From an uncultured Chloroflexia bacterium (GTDB taxonomy: Bacteria; Chloroflexota; Limnocylindria; Limnocylindrales; CSP1-4), in contig CAVTHS010000006.1 of NCBI GenBank assembly GCA_963734535.1, positions 160,001 through 224,000 of the forward strand: a DNA stretch of 64,000 nt, written 5' to 3'. The notes beneath the pieces are model-generated. The model worked only from the letters and a program-made list of their open reading frames with translations. It was not told where the DNA came from and searched no databases. Made by a program: the position numbers and the translations under genes. Shown here in pieces: positions 40,074-49,993 of this stretch (its first letter is position 1; every line of letters starts with the position of its first letter).

Positions 40074-41027
40074 ATGCAGGACCTCTCCGACCGGCTGGGC
40101 ACCTTGTTCCTCTTCACGGCGGGCAACGCGCTGGTCGTCGTGATCGTGATCGTGGTCGCCTGGCTCGCCTACCGCGTCCTGGCACGTGTCGTGCGGACCT
40201 TCGTGGCAAGGGCCGCTACGGCGCCCTCGCCCGGGGAGGGCGACCTGAGCGCCGAGCAGCAGAAGATCCGACGGGCGGAGCGGAGCCGGCGCCTGGAGAC
40301 CGTGGCCGCGTTCGGCCTGCGCCTCGTCCGCTGGTTCGCCGTGGCGGTCATCGCGTCGGTCGTCGTCGCGGTCTTCCTGCCCTCGGCCTGGACCGCCATC
40401 GGCGGGCTGGGCGTGGGTTTCGGTATCGCGATCGGCGGCGCGATCGGGTTCGGCACCCAGCAGCTCGTGCGCGACTACCTCAACGGCATGCTCATCCTCG
40501 GCGAGAACCCGTACAGCGTCGGTGACATCGTGGCGATCGCCGGGGTCCGCGGAACCGTCGAGGAGGTGGGACTCCGGCGCACCGTGATCCGAGACATGGA
40601 CGGGACCGTTCACTCCGTCCCGAACGGCGAGATCCTCGTGGCCTCGAACTTCACGCGCCGCTTCGCCCGGGTCAACGAGCGGTTCCTGGTCGCGTACGGC
40701 ACGGACATCGCCCGGGTCACTGCCGTGATCAACGCCGTTGGCGACGCGTTCGCTGCCGACCCGGCCTGGGCGCCTCGCCTGATCGACACGCCCGCGGTCC
40801 TGCGGGTCGACCCGGTCGTCGATCCGGGGATCCCGGTCCTCGTCTCGTTCGCGGTCCGGCCGGGGGACCAGTGGGCGGTCGGCGGCGAGTTCCGGCGCCG
40901 CGTCCTCGACGCGTTCGTGCGGGAAGGCATCCGCCTCGCGACCTCGCAGCGGCTCCAGGTGGACGGGCCGCTCCCGATCCCGGTCGCCGACACGGATGGC
41001 GCCGAGTCCGGCGCGGAGTACACGTGA
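40074..41027 (+). CDS. mscS: Small-conductance mechanosensitive channel family protein
   Basis: AIGFGTQQLVRDYLNG...YSVGDIV...GTVEEVGLRRT...VPNG. Confidence 0.9.
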   Translation: MQDLSDRLGTLFLFTAGNALVVVIVIVVAWLAYRVLARVVRTFVARAATAPSPGEGDLSAEQQKIRRAERSRRLETVAAFGLRLVRWFAVAVIASVVVAVFLPSAWTAIGGLGVGFGIAIGGAIGFGTQQLVRDYLNGMLILGENPYSVGDIVAIAGVRGTVEEVGLRRTVIRDMDGTVHSVPNGEILVASNFTRRFARVNERFLVAYGTDIARVTAVINAVGDAFAADPAWAPRLIDTPAVLRVDPVVDPGIPVLVSFAVRPGDQWAVGGEFRRRVLDAFVREGIRLATSQRLQVDGPLPIPVADTDGAESGAEYT

Positions 41028-41091
41028 CGGACGGGTATCATCCGATGACGACCAGCGTCGTCGTTCGAACCGGACCCGGAGGTGGCCCAGC

Positions 41092-43054
41092 GTGACCTCC
41101 AAGGCCACCCGCGCACCCGAGACCGAGACGCCCCCGTTCGAGCCCTGGAGGCTTCCCCTCGATGCCGGGCTGGCCGCCCGGGCGCGCGCGACCGCGGCCA
41201 TGTACGGCGAGGCGGACGCGGACCCCGAGGCGTTCTGGGCCCGGCTTGCGCGCGAGCGGCTCACCTGGTCCACCCCGTTCGGCGTCACCTTGCAGTGGGA
41301 CCTCCCGTTCGCGAAGTGGTTCGTCGGCGGCGAGCTCAACGTCGCCTACAACTGCGTCGACCGGCACGTGGAGCGCGGCCTGGGCGACAAGGTGGCGTAC
41401 CACTGGATCGGGGAACCGGGTGACACCCGCACGCTCACCTACCGCGATCTCCAGGGCGAGGTCAACCGGGCTGCGAACGCGCTGATAGAGCTGGGCGTCC
41501 GCCGCGGCGACCGCGTCGCGATCTACCTGCCGATGGTGCCGGAGCTCCCGATCGCCATGCTCGCGTGTGCCAGGATCGGCGCCGCGCACGTGGTGGTCTT
41601 CAGCGGCTTCAGCGCCGAGGCGCTCGCCGACCGCATCAATGACGCGGGTGCGACGGTCCTCGTCACCGCCGACGGCGGCTGGCGGCGCGGCCGCAGGGTG
41701 GGCCTCAAACACCACGCCGACGAGGCCGTCGCGTCGACGCCATCGGTCCGCCACGTGGTCGTCGTCGGCCGCTTCGGCGACGGCGCCCACATGGTCGAAG
41801 GCCGCGACCACTGGTGGGACGAGCTCGTTGGCCGGCAGTCGGACCGCTGCGAACCGGTCCCGGTCGACTCCGAGCAGGTGCTCTTCGTCCTCTACACGTC
41901 TGGCACCACGGCCAGGCCGAAGGGGATCGTGCACACCTCGGCGGGCTACCTGCTGGGCTGCAGCCTCACCCACGCCACGGTCTTCGACCTCCGGCCGGGT
42001 GATGTCTATTGGTGTCCCGCAGACGTCGGGTCGATCACGGGCCACAGCTACGTCGTCTACGGCCCGCTCGCCAACGCCGCGACCGGGATCCTCTATGAAG
42101 GCGCGCCGGACGCACCGGGGTGGGATCGCTGGTGGCAGATCGTGGAGGAATACCGGGTCACGCTCCTGTACACCGCGCCGGCCGCGATCCGGGCCTTCAT
42201 GCGGCAGGGGGAGGCGCACCCGCGGCGGCACGACCTGGGCTCGATCCGGCTGCTGGGCACAGGCGGCGAGTCGATCACCCCGGAGGCATGGCGCTGGTAC
42301 CACGAGCACGTCGGCGGGGGCCGGGCCCCCATCGTGGACACGTGGTGGCAGACGGAAACCGGGAGCATCATGATCAGCCCGCTACCCGGCGTCACGGCCG
42401 CCAGGCCCGGCTCTGTCGCCCGGCCGCTGCCCGGGATCGGGGTGGAGATCGTGGATGGCTCGGGCAACCCCGTCGCGGATGGCGGCGGCGGATACCTGGT
42501 CCTGACGCGACCGTGGCCGTCGATGCTGCGTGGCATCCATGGAGACGAGGAGCGGTACCGGGCAGACGTACTGGAGCCGCTTCCCGGGGCGCTACCTGAC
42601 CGGTGACGGCGCAAAGCGCGACGAGAACGGTCACGTCTGGCTTCTCGGCCGCGTCGACGACGTCATCAACGTGGCCGGCCACCGGCTCTCGACGATCGAG
42701 GTCGAGACGGCGCTCGAGAGCCACCCGGCGGTCGCGGAAGCCGCCGTGGTTGGCAGGACGGATGACGTGGCGGGCCAGGCGGTCTTCGCCTTCGTCACGC
42801 TCGAGACTGGGCAGACGCCATCGGACGCGCTCGCGGTGCAGCTGCGCGAGCACGTTGCCTACGCCATCGGGCCCATGGCGCGCCCGACGTACCTGATCTT
42901 CACGCCGGACCTGCCCCGGACGAGGTCCGGCGCGATCATGCGCCGTCTCCTGCGCGAGATCGCGGAGGGCCGGTCGCCGGGCGACGCGAGCAGCCTGGCG
43001 GACGCCGGCGTCGTCGGTACGATCCGCGAGCAGGCCGGGCGGGCGGAGGACTGA
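41092..43054 (+). CDS. acs: Acetate--CoA ligase homolog with altered catalytic motifs (frameshift near 42560)
   Basis: [49 protein letters not shown]; A10 motif reads [11 protein letters not shown]. Confidence 0.85.
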
Positions 43055-43058
43055 TCGA

Positions 43059-43715
43059 ATGCCATTCGGGTTCCGTCGCCGCACAGTCGTCGTCAAGGAG
43101 GAGCCCGCGGAGGGCGGGCCGGGAACCTCGCACGCACGCTCCGCCGGCGGCGTCCGAGCCGGCGGAGCGCGGATCGGCGTGCCGTTCGACGGGCTCACCG
43201 AGGAGTGGCGGCTGGTCGGCGTGATGGAGATCGAGGGCCGGCTCCTGGACATCCTCAACCGGCGCGAGGCGATCCCGATCGGGGAGATGACCTGGTCGAC
43301 GCTCGAGGCGCTGGCCGACCTGGAGCCTGCCCCAGGGCTCCAGAAGGTGGACCCGTACGACCTGATCGTCGTGCTCGCGGGTGACCTGACCCTGCCTCCC
43401 CTCGACGAGGCGGAGAAGGCCGCGCTCCGGGTGCACAAGGTCGCCTACGACGTGGTGCTCGAGCTGCCGCCGTATCGCGTGGTGGGCACCGTCTTCCTGC
43501 ACGCGGGATCCGAGCCGGAGCGGCTCATGGATCGAGGCCCGGACCTGTTCTTCCCGGTCACGAACGCCGTCGCGCTCCTTGGCGATCTCCCGATCAGTGA
43601 CCCCGAGATCGACGTCGTGCTGGTCAACCGCTCGTACCTGCGGGGCGTCGAGCAGGTCGACCGATTCATCGTCGAATCCGCGCGAGAGCGGCGGCCGATC
43701 CCTCCCGCGAGCTGA
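43059..43715 (+). CDS. Conserved hypothetical protein with two DUF6812-like small beta domains
   Basis: Internal repeat WRLVGVM...RLLDILNRREAIPI / YRVVGTVFL...RLMDRGPDLFFPVT...VLVNR. Confidence 0.7.
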   Translation: MPFGFRRRTVVVKEEPAEGGPGTSHARSAGGVRAGGARIGVPFDGLTEEWRLVGVMEIEGRLLDILNRREAIPIGEMTWSTLEALADLEPAPGLQKVDPYDLIVVLAGDLTLPPLDEAEKAALRVHKVAYDVVLELPPYRVVGTVFLHAGSEPERLMDRGPDLFFPVTNAVALLGDLPISDPEIDVVLVNRSYLRGVEQVDRFIVESARERRPIPPAS

Positions 43716-43729
43716 GCGGCCGGCGGGCG

Positions 43730-44971
43730 TCAGCCCGCCCGGGCAGGGACCTTGCGCCCGAACAGGCCGCGGATGGACGCGCGGCCTGTCTCCTTCGCGC
43801 GAGGCCTCCCGACGACGCGCTCGGCAAGGGCGTGGAAGTCCTCGGACACCTTCTCGGTCGGGAAGAGGTCGATCACGGTGCGGCCCTGGTTGGCGGCTCG
43901 CACGAGGTAGAGCCCGGCCGAACGGATCTCTGCGAACAACGACATCCCCACCGTGCGCTCCATGTCGGGCACGCTCACGCCGCTGTTGGCGCGATTGATC
44001 ACCAGCGCCAGCTTGTCGCGGAAGCCCAGCTCGGCGGCCACGTCGCGCAGCTGCACCGCGGCGCGGAGCGCCGGGACGTCCGGGGTGACCGGCACGAGGA
44101 TCCGGTCGGCTCGGCTGAACATTGCGCGGTTGAGCACGTCGTAGTCCGGGTGGAGATCGACGACGATCACGTCGAACGACCGTCGCGCGCGGTCGATCGC
44201 CTCCGCGACGGCCGCGGCGTCGATGTTCTCGGTCTTCAGCGGGCTCGATGAGAGGACGAGGACCTTGAGACCCGACGGGTGCGACGCCACGAGCTCCTCG
44301 AGGGTCTCGGTCGCGGCGCCCGGCCCGCCGTCGCGGGTCTCGGCGAGCGAATCGACGAGCGTCCGTACGCCCGACATGCCGAGCGAGCTCGCGATGTGGC
44401 CGGTGACGGTGTCCGCGTCCACGAGGAGGACCGTCCGGCCCATCGCGACCAGGGATGCCGCCAGGTTCACGGCGATCGTGGTCTTGCCGACCCCGCCCTT
44501 CGGGTTGAAGACGGCCAGGAACGTCCCTCGCCGCGACCAGTCGCCGGCCGAGATGGGGCCGGTCTGGAGGACGGCACCGCTGCCGTCGTCAACGGCCATC
44601 TGGCGGATCATCATCGCCTCGATGCGCCAGCGGAGCGCCTCGGGCGAATAGGGCCGGGTGAAGTACTCGTCGTGCGCGCCTGCCCGCCCGGCCGCGCCGG
44701 CCAGCCGGTCGAGCGTGCGCGGCGAGACGATCATCAGGGCCGGGATGTCCCGACCCGGCTCGTGGAGGAGCCCGTAGTACTCGAGCGATTCGTCGAAGTC
44801 GCTCTCGCCGTCGAGGATGGCGACCGCCACGTCGTGGCGGCTGGCGAGGAGCGCACCGAGGTCGTCCGGGCGCGCGACCACGATGGGCTCGAACTCGGCC
44901 TCGCGGAGGACGTCGACGACGTACTGCCGCTCGTCCTCGGGCAGGGCGATCGCGATCGCGGGGCGGGCCAT
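43730..44971 (-). CDS. Receiver-like domain + MinD/CpaE-type ATPase
   Basis: REC-like N-terminus (AILDGESD...YFTRPYS), deviant Walker A PKGGVGKTT, LVDAD, C-terminal SIRGLFGRK. Confidence 0.9.
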   Translation of the reverse strand: MARPAIAIALPEDERQYVVDVLREAEFEPIVVARPDDLGALLASRHDVAVAILDGESDFDESLEYYGLLHEPGRDIPALMIVSPRTLDRLAGAAGRAGAHDEYFTRPYSPEALRWRIEAMMIRQMAVDDGSGAVLQTGPISAGDWSRRGTFLAVFNPKGGVGKTTIAVNLAASLVAMGRTVLLVDADTVTGHIASSLGMSGVRTLVDSLAETRDGGPGAATETLEELVASHPSGLKVLVLSSSPLKTENIDAAAVAEAIDRARRSFDVIVVDLHPDYDVLNRAMFSRADRILVPVTPDVPALRAAVQLRDVAAELGFRDKLALVINRANSGVSVPDMERTVGMSLFAEIRSAGLYLVRAANQGRTVIDLFPTEKVSEDFHALAERVVGRPRAKETGRASIRGLFGRKVPARAG

Positions 44972-45008
44972 CCGGACGGATCCTTTCGTGTTCGCAGGGC
45001 TGGTCTGG

Positions 45009-46623
45009 TCAGTCCTCGGGGTCGTGTGCGCTCGCGGTCACGACCCCGTCGCGGCCACCCGTGACCCGGGCCTGGAAGCCGGGCAGGGACGGGATCAGGT
45101 CACGCAGGGCGACCTCGCTCTCGTGCTGGACGGTGAACAGGAACTCGCCGTCCGGGCCGGACGAGACGCCCACGTGGCGCACGCCGGCAGCGCGACTGAG
45201 GTGACGCTTGAAGCTGGCGATGCTGGCCACGCTGACGAGCCCGCTGACGATGACCTGGGTCGACGACCGTCGGCACGCTCGGGCCGGCCTCGTCGGGCGC
45301 GGATGTGGATGAGGCGGAGGGGACGAGGCCCGCCAGGCGGGCGGTCAGGTCCTGCTCGTCCATCTCCGGGATGTCCTGGAGCTCGGCGGCCGCCGCCTCG
45401 GCCGCGGCAATCTCGGCCGCGGCGAAGTCCGGCGTCAAGCCGAGCATGGCGATGCGCGGGTCGGGGTCCTGCGTGGACCAGGCCGGCTTGGACGGGTCCG
45501 CGGCGTCGGTCGCGGCGTCCGCGTCGGCTGTCGTTGCCGATCCGGTCTCCACGTCTTCGCCGGTGCCGTCGCCGGACGCGACCGTCTCCGCCTCGAGCGA
45601 GGCGGCCGCCTCGGCGGCGGCCTGGATGGCTGCCATCGCGGCTTCGCGGTCGAATGCGGCGTCGTCGGCCGGCGTCTCGGGCGGGGTCTCGGCGGATGCC
45701 ATGACGAGGCCCGACCTCGAATCCGCCGCGATCGTCGCCGCCACCTCGTCGACGCGCTCCGGCGCCAACTCGGCGACAGGCTCCGGCTCGGCGACCGGCG
45801 CCGGGATCCCGACGGACCGCTCGGTCATGAGGGCCGCGAACGCGGACTCATCCGGCTCGTCGAAGGCGGGCGCCTCCGGCATCTGCTGGGCGCGCGCCGC
45901 GAGGAGCGTGAGGTCGGTCTCGGCGAGCAGCTCGTCGAAGAAGGCCGCCATCTCCGCCTCGAACGCTGCGATCTGTCCCTCGATCCGGGCGACGTCGCGC
46001 TCCACGAGGTCGCGATGACGCGCGAGCTGGTCGTCGAGCTGCCCTCGACGGCCGGTGATCCGGCTCTCGGTCTCTTCCCGGATTCGCGCGATCTCGACCT
46101 TCGACCAGTCCTTGATGCTCGCCACGTCGTCATCGGCGCGCCGGCGGAGCGCGCTTGCGTCCGCGACCGAGCGTCCCTGGATCTGCTCGACATACGCTGA
46201 CCCGTCGACCCGGAACTGCTCCAGGGTCGCTGCACGCGCCTGCTCGGCGGCGACCTGCATCGCATGCGTCAGGTCGGTCAGGAACTTCGTCGGGCGGCGC
46301 GCAGGCGCCGGGCTTTGGGCCGGCGGGGAAGCCGGCGCGTGCGGTGGCGTCGGCACGCTCTCCGCGGCTGGCATCACGGGCATGGGTGGCCGTTCGTCGG
46401 TCCGGTCGATCACGGCGGTCACCTCTTCGACCATTTCGGCCTCGTCCGGTGCTCCGGTGTCGAGCGTGGACGCTGGATCGACGGCTCGGAGATCGGTTTC
46501 GTCGGGCCTGTCGGAATGCGCGCTCGGGCCGTTCCCGGAGGACTCCTCGAAGCCATCGCCGGACGGTGCACGATCGGTGCTCCACGGGAGCCGGAAGCCG
46601 GTTCGCGATTCGGTGGTCGCCAT
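45009..46623 (-). CDS. Coiled-coil, acidic low-complexity protein with a small C-terminal alpha/beta domain (frameshift near 45265)
   Basis: Helical region KFLTDL...AAFFDELLAE; A/E/P/D-rich linker; C-terminal QVIVSGLVSVASIASFKRHLSR...FLFTVQH in the 45009 frame. Confidence 0.75.
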
Positions 46624-46842
46624 GCTAAGCGGTCCCTTCCTGGGTCGTCGTGATCGACACGGGTCCTGCACCCGTTGCGGAGCCTAGGGGCCCGGGGCGG
46701 TGCGGTGGAGTTGACTAGTGGTACCACCTGGCACCGGCGGTGGTACCCCCGGCGCTCCCTTCGGTGCAGGCCCGCACCGGATCGGTGCGCGGAGGCGCCA
46801 GCCGCAGCCTCGATCAGGCGGGACGGCTACGATGTCCCGGCC

Positions 46843-47892
46843 ATGAGCGACCCGACACCGGATCCGCGCCCCCGATCCGCCGAGGCGCCGCCGCGCGACC
46901 TGCTGGGCCGGCACCCGCGCGACCTCCGGATCTCGGTGACCGATCGCTGCAACTTCCGATGCGCCTATTGCATGCCCGCCGAGGTCTTCGGCCGCGACTA
47001 CGCATTCCTGCCGCGGTCGCAGATCCTGCGCTACGAGGAGATCGTCCGCCTGGCGGGGGCCTTCGTCCGGCTCGGCGCGGAGAAGCTCCGGATCACCGGC
47101 GGGGAGCCGACCGTTCGCCGCGACCTCCCGGACCTGGTGCGCCAGCTCGCGGTTCTCGACGGCGTGCGCGACCTGACGCTGACCACGAATGGGTCCGCCC
47201 TCCGGACCCTCGCCGCGCCGCTCGCCGACGCCGGGCTGCGGCGGATCACGGTGAGCCTGGACTCCCTCGACGACGCGGTCTTCCGCGCGATGAGCGGGGC
47301 CGACATGCCGGTCGCACGGGTCCTCGACGGCATCGCCGCCGCGCGCGACGCCGGCCTCGCGCCACTCAAGGTCAACATGGTGGTCAGGCGCGGCAGCAAC
47401 GAGGAGTCGATCGTCCCGATGGCGCGCTGGGCGCGCGACGGGAACGTCATCCTGCGCTACATCGAGTTCATGGACGTGGGGACCGCGAACGGCTGGCGGA
47501 TGGACGAGGTCGTGCCGCTGGCGGAGATCGTCGCCCGGGTCGACGGAGTGTTCCCGCTCGAGGCGTTGCCTCCCAACTATCCCGGCGAGGTGGCGACGCG
47601 ATTCCGCTACCGCGACGGGGCCGGCGAGGTCGGGGTGATCGCGTCGGTCACCGCGCCGTTCTGCGGCGCCTGCACCCGCGCCCGGCTGTCCGCCGAGGGT
47701 GAGCTCTTCACGTGCCTCTTCGCGGCGCGCGGGACGGACCTCCGCGGTCCGCTCCGGGACGGCGCCTCCGACGCTGATCTGGAGGCGCTGATCCGATCGG
47801 TCTGGGGCATCCGCGACGACCGCTACTCGGACCTCCGGAGCGCCGGGACCGCGAACCTGCCCCGCGTCGAGATGTTCGCGATCGGCGGCTGA
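46843..47892 (+). CDS. moaA: GTP 3',8-cyclase MoaA
   Basis: LRISVTDRCNFRCAYCMP, RITGGEP, FCGACTRARL...TCLF, C-terminal MFAIGG. Confidence 0.97.
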   Translation: MSDPTPDPRPRSAEAPPRDLLGRHPRDLRISVTDRCNFRCAYCMPAEVFGRDYAFLPRSQILRYEEIVRLAGAFVRLGAEKLRITGGEPTVRRDLPDLVRQLAVLDGVRDLTLTTNGSALRTLAAPLADAGLRRITVSLDSLDDAVFRAMSGADMPVARVLDGIAAARDAGLAPLKVNMVVRRGSNEESIVPMARWARDGNVILRYIEFMDVGTANGWRMDEVVPLAEIVARVDGVFPLEALPPNYPGEVATRFRYRDGAGEVGVIASVTAPFCGACTRARLSAEGELFTCLFAARGTDLRGPLRDGASDADLEALIRSVWGIRDDRYSDLRSAGTANLPRVEMFAIGG

Positions 47893-47902
47893 GGTTCGCT
47901 GG

Positions 47903-48472
47903 ATGGGCCTGCCCGCTGCGGCGCCGGTCGCGGCGCTCGGGCGTCGGAGCGTCGCGTACATCGTCGACTCGCTGATCATCGGCCTCGCCTACGTCGTGAT
48001 CGGCGTCGTCTTCGACTCCCTCTTCGGGCCGCTCGTCGAGGCGACACCCGACGGGCTGGCGCTCGTGGTGGTCGCGGTCAACCCGCTCCGCGTGGCCCTG
48101 GAGCTCACCGCGACGCTCGTCGTCGACGCGCTCTACTTCGCCGGGTGCTGGTGTCGCTGGGGCGCGACGCCCGCGCAGCGCGTGCTCGGGATCCGGGTCC
48201 GGCTGGCGGATGCCGAGCCTTCGACGCCGGGTGGGCCCCGTGCGCTTCCGGTCGAGGCAGCCGGGCGTCGCTGGGCGGTCCTGGCGATCCTCCCGATCGC
48301 GACGGGCTCCCTGTCGGCGAGCGGTGCCGTCGACGTCAGCGTCCTGGCCCTCGTGAACGGCGCGTGGTTCCTGGTCCTGCTCGTCTCCGCGGCCGTGGAC
48401 CCGCTCCGGCGCGGCCTCCACGACCGTGCCGGGGGCACGATCGTCGTCCCGATCGCCCGCCGTCCCACCTGA
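47903..48472 (+). CDS. RDD family membrane protein
   Basis: RRSVAYIVD...GATPAQRVLGIRV...RGLHDRAGGTIVV. Confidence 0.88.
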   Translation: MGLPAAAPVAALGRRSVAYIVDSLIIGLAYVVIGVVFDSLFGPLVEATPDGLALVVVAVNPLRVALELTATLVVDALYFAGCWCRWGATPAQRVLGIRVRLADAEPSTPGGPRALPVEAAGRRWAVLAILPIATGSLSASGAVDVSVLALVNGAWFLVLLVSAAVDPLRRGLHDRAGGTIVVPIARRPT

Positions 48473-48674
48473 TGGGTTCGGGCTGCCGGCGGCGCCGTCG
48501 GGGGCCTTCGGTGCCCGCCGCGGGAGGCGACCGATCGGCTGTCAATGGTCCGCAGGGCATTCATCCACACGGCGTCCACACCGCGGCGAAGTTGGTGGAC
48601 GGGCGGAGCGGGCGGACTCGCATCTTCGTGGATAACCGGGTTGCCGGAGGGTTGTCGGGGCGCGATGATCTCCC

Positions 48675-48822
48675 TGCCCGGAGGGGCTACGACAGCCGAC
48701 GACCCGGCGATCACATCAACGGGTCACGGCGAGGTGATCGGGAGCAATCCCGGTTGCTCTCCCTCCGAGGTCGCGCCGCGATTGCATCAAGGTTGCTTCC
48801 TCGGACGTGGTTCCTCTGGGCA
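48675..48822 (+). ncRNA. Candidate structured ncRNA (~148 nt), family not recognised
   Basis: 17-bp closing helix with 4 G-U pairs that work only on the + strand; internal hairpins including GGGA-GCAA-UCCC; TTGCCG-17-GATGAT promoter-like signal ends 6 nt upstream. Confidence 0.6.
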
Positions 48823-49281
48823 CTGCTGTGTCCCGCGCGGGGCCGCCGGTGAGCGCACCCGTGGATCGCCTGACCGCCGGGAACGCGCCGACACCATGTG
48901 GGCGAGGGTCGCCCGGGCGCCGAGCTCCACCCGACCGGAGCGCGCAACCCGGTGTCGCCCACGACGAACCGGTGGCGCCCACGACGAACAGATCGCGCGG
49001 ATCGGGCACCTCCGCCCCGCCGCAGGAAGCGGCGAGCGCCGCTTGTTCGCATTGGGCGACCGATCGGCGAGGATCGGCCCGCCACGCTGGCCCGCGACCG
49101 TGCGATTCGGGCCGTCTGTTCGCCGCAGGCGACCGGCGAGGTGGAGGCCGGCGCGCAGGCCCCGGCTGCTGGGCGATGAGCGTGGAGGCACTCGAACGGA
49201 GGCCGTCGCCGGCGCCGCCGCGCTGGCCGGTCGGCGTCCTGTCGGCGGAGATTGCCGGTCGGCGGAGATCGCCGACCGGCG

Positions 49282-49946
49282 TCAGGTCGGCGGGACCAGG
49301 TTCTCGCGATCCGTGAGCGGATCGGCGGCGGGTGTCGCGCACAGGAAGTAGCGCAGTCGCGTTCGCCCGATGTTCGCGATGGCATGCGGGAGCCCCATCT
49401 CCACGCGGACACCCTTCAGCGGCTCGAGCGTCTCCTCCAGCGACCCGACCCGGACCGAGCCGCGCCCCTCGAGGACGACGACCACGTGCTCGGAGGCCAG
49501 GTGGCGGTGCCAGCCGGTCGTGGCTCCCGGATCCAGCTCGATCTCGGACACGCTGAAGCTGAGGGTGCCGAAGTCGCCGGGCTCCACGAGCACGCGATGC
49601 CGAGGCCGGGCGTGGTGATCAGGCGGGCACCCTCGCGGCGCCGGACCGGCTCGCCGGGCCGCGCTCGCCACGACGGCTGGTCGTCGGCCGGGCGAGCGGG
49701 GTCGATGTCGATCGCGGCACGCAGCGCAAGGGCGTCGATGGCTCCGTCGTTGCGGCCGATGCCCTCGTCGGCCGGTGCCTCGTAGAGAACGTCACCGGCC
49801 CGGACGACGACGCGCCGGCTCAGCGCGATCCCGTGCTCGAAGACGATCTCGCCGGCTGCCACGTAGACCACTGCCTCCTGGCCGCGGAGGCGCGGGCTGA
49901 TCTGCCTGCCCGGCGGGATCCGGTCGAGGTGGAGCTGGATCGCCAT
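49282..49946 (-). CDS. Two-domain cupin protein (frameshift near 49630)
   Basis: EAVVYVAAGEI...VRAGDVLY and GWHRHLASEHVVVVLEGRG...PHAIANIG. Confidence 0.72.
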
Positions 49947-49993
49947 GCCCGGGTGGACGCCCATTCGTTGCGCCGTCAGCCGTCGTTGCGCCG

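Noticed and set aside
41045-41095. 16-aa uORF overlapping the acs start
   Set aside because: The ATG is only 3 nt from the -10 box, so it probably lies upstream of the TSS; acs has its own RBS
46680-46842. Moco riboswitch upstream of moaA
   Set aside because: No recognisable consensus, and a -10 box 9 nt before the ATG implies a (near-)leaderless mRNA
48540-48660. Replication origin oriC
   Set aside because: Only two good DnaA boxes, no AT-rich unwinding element, no dnaA/dnaN nearby
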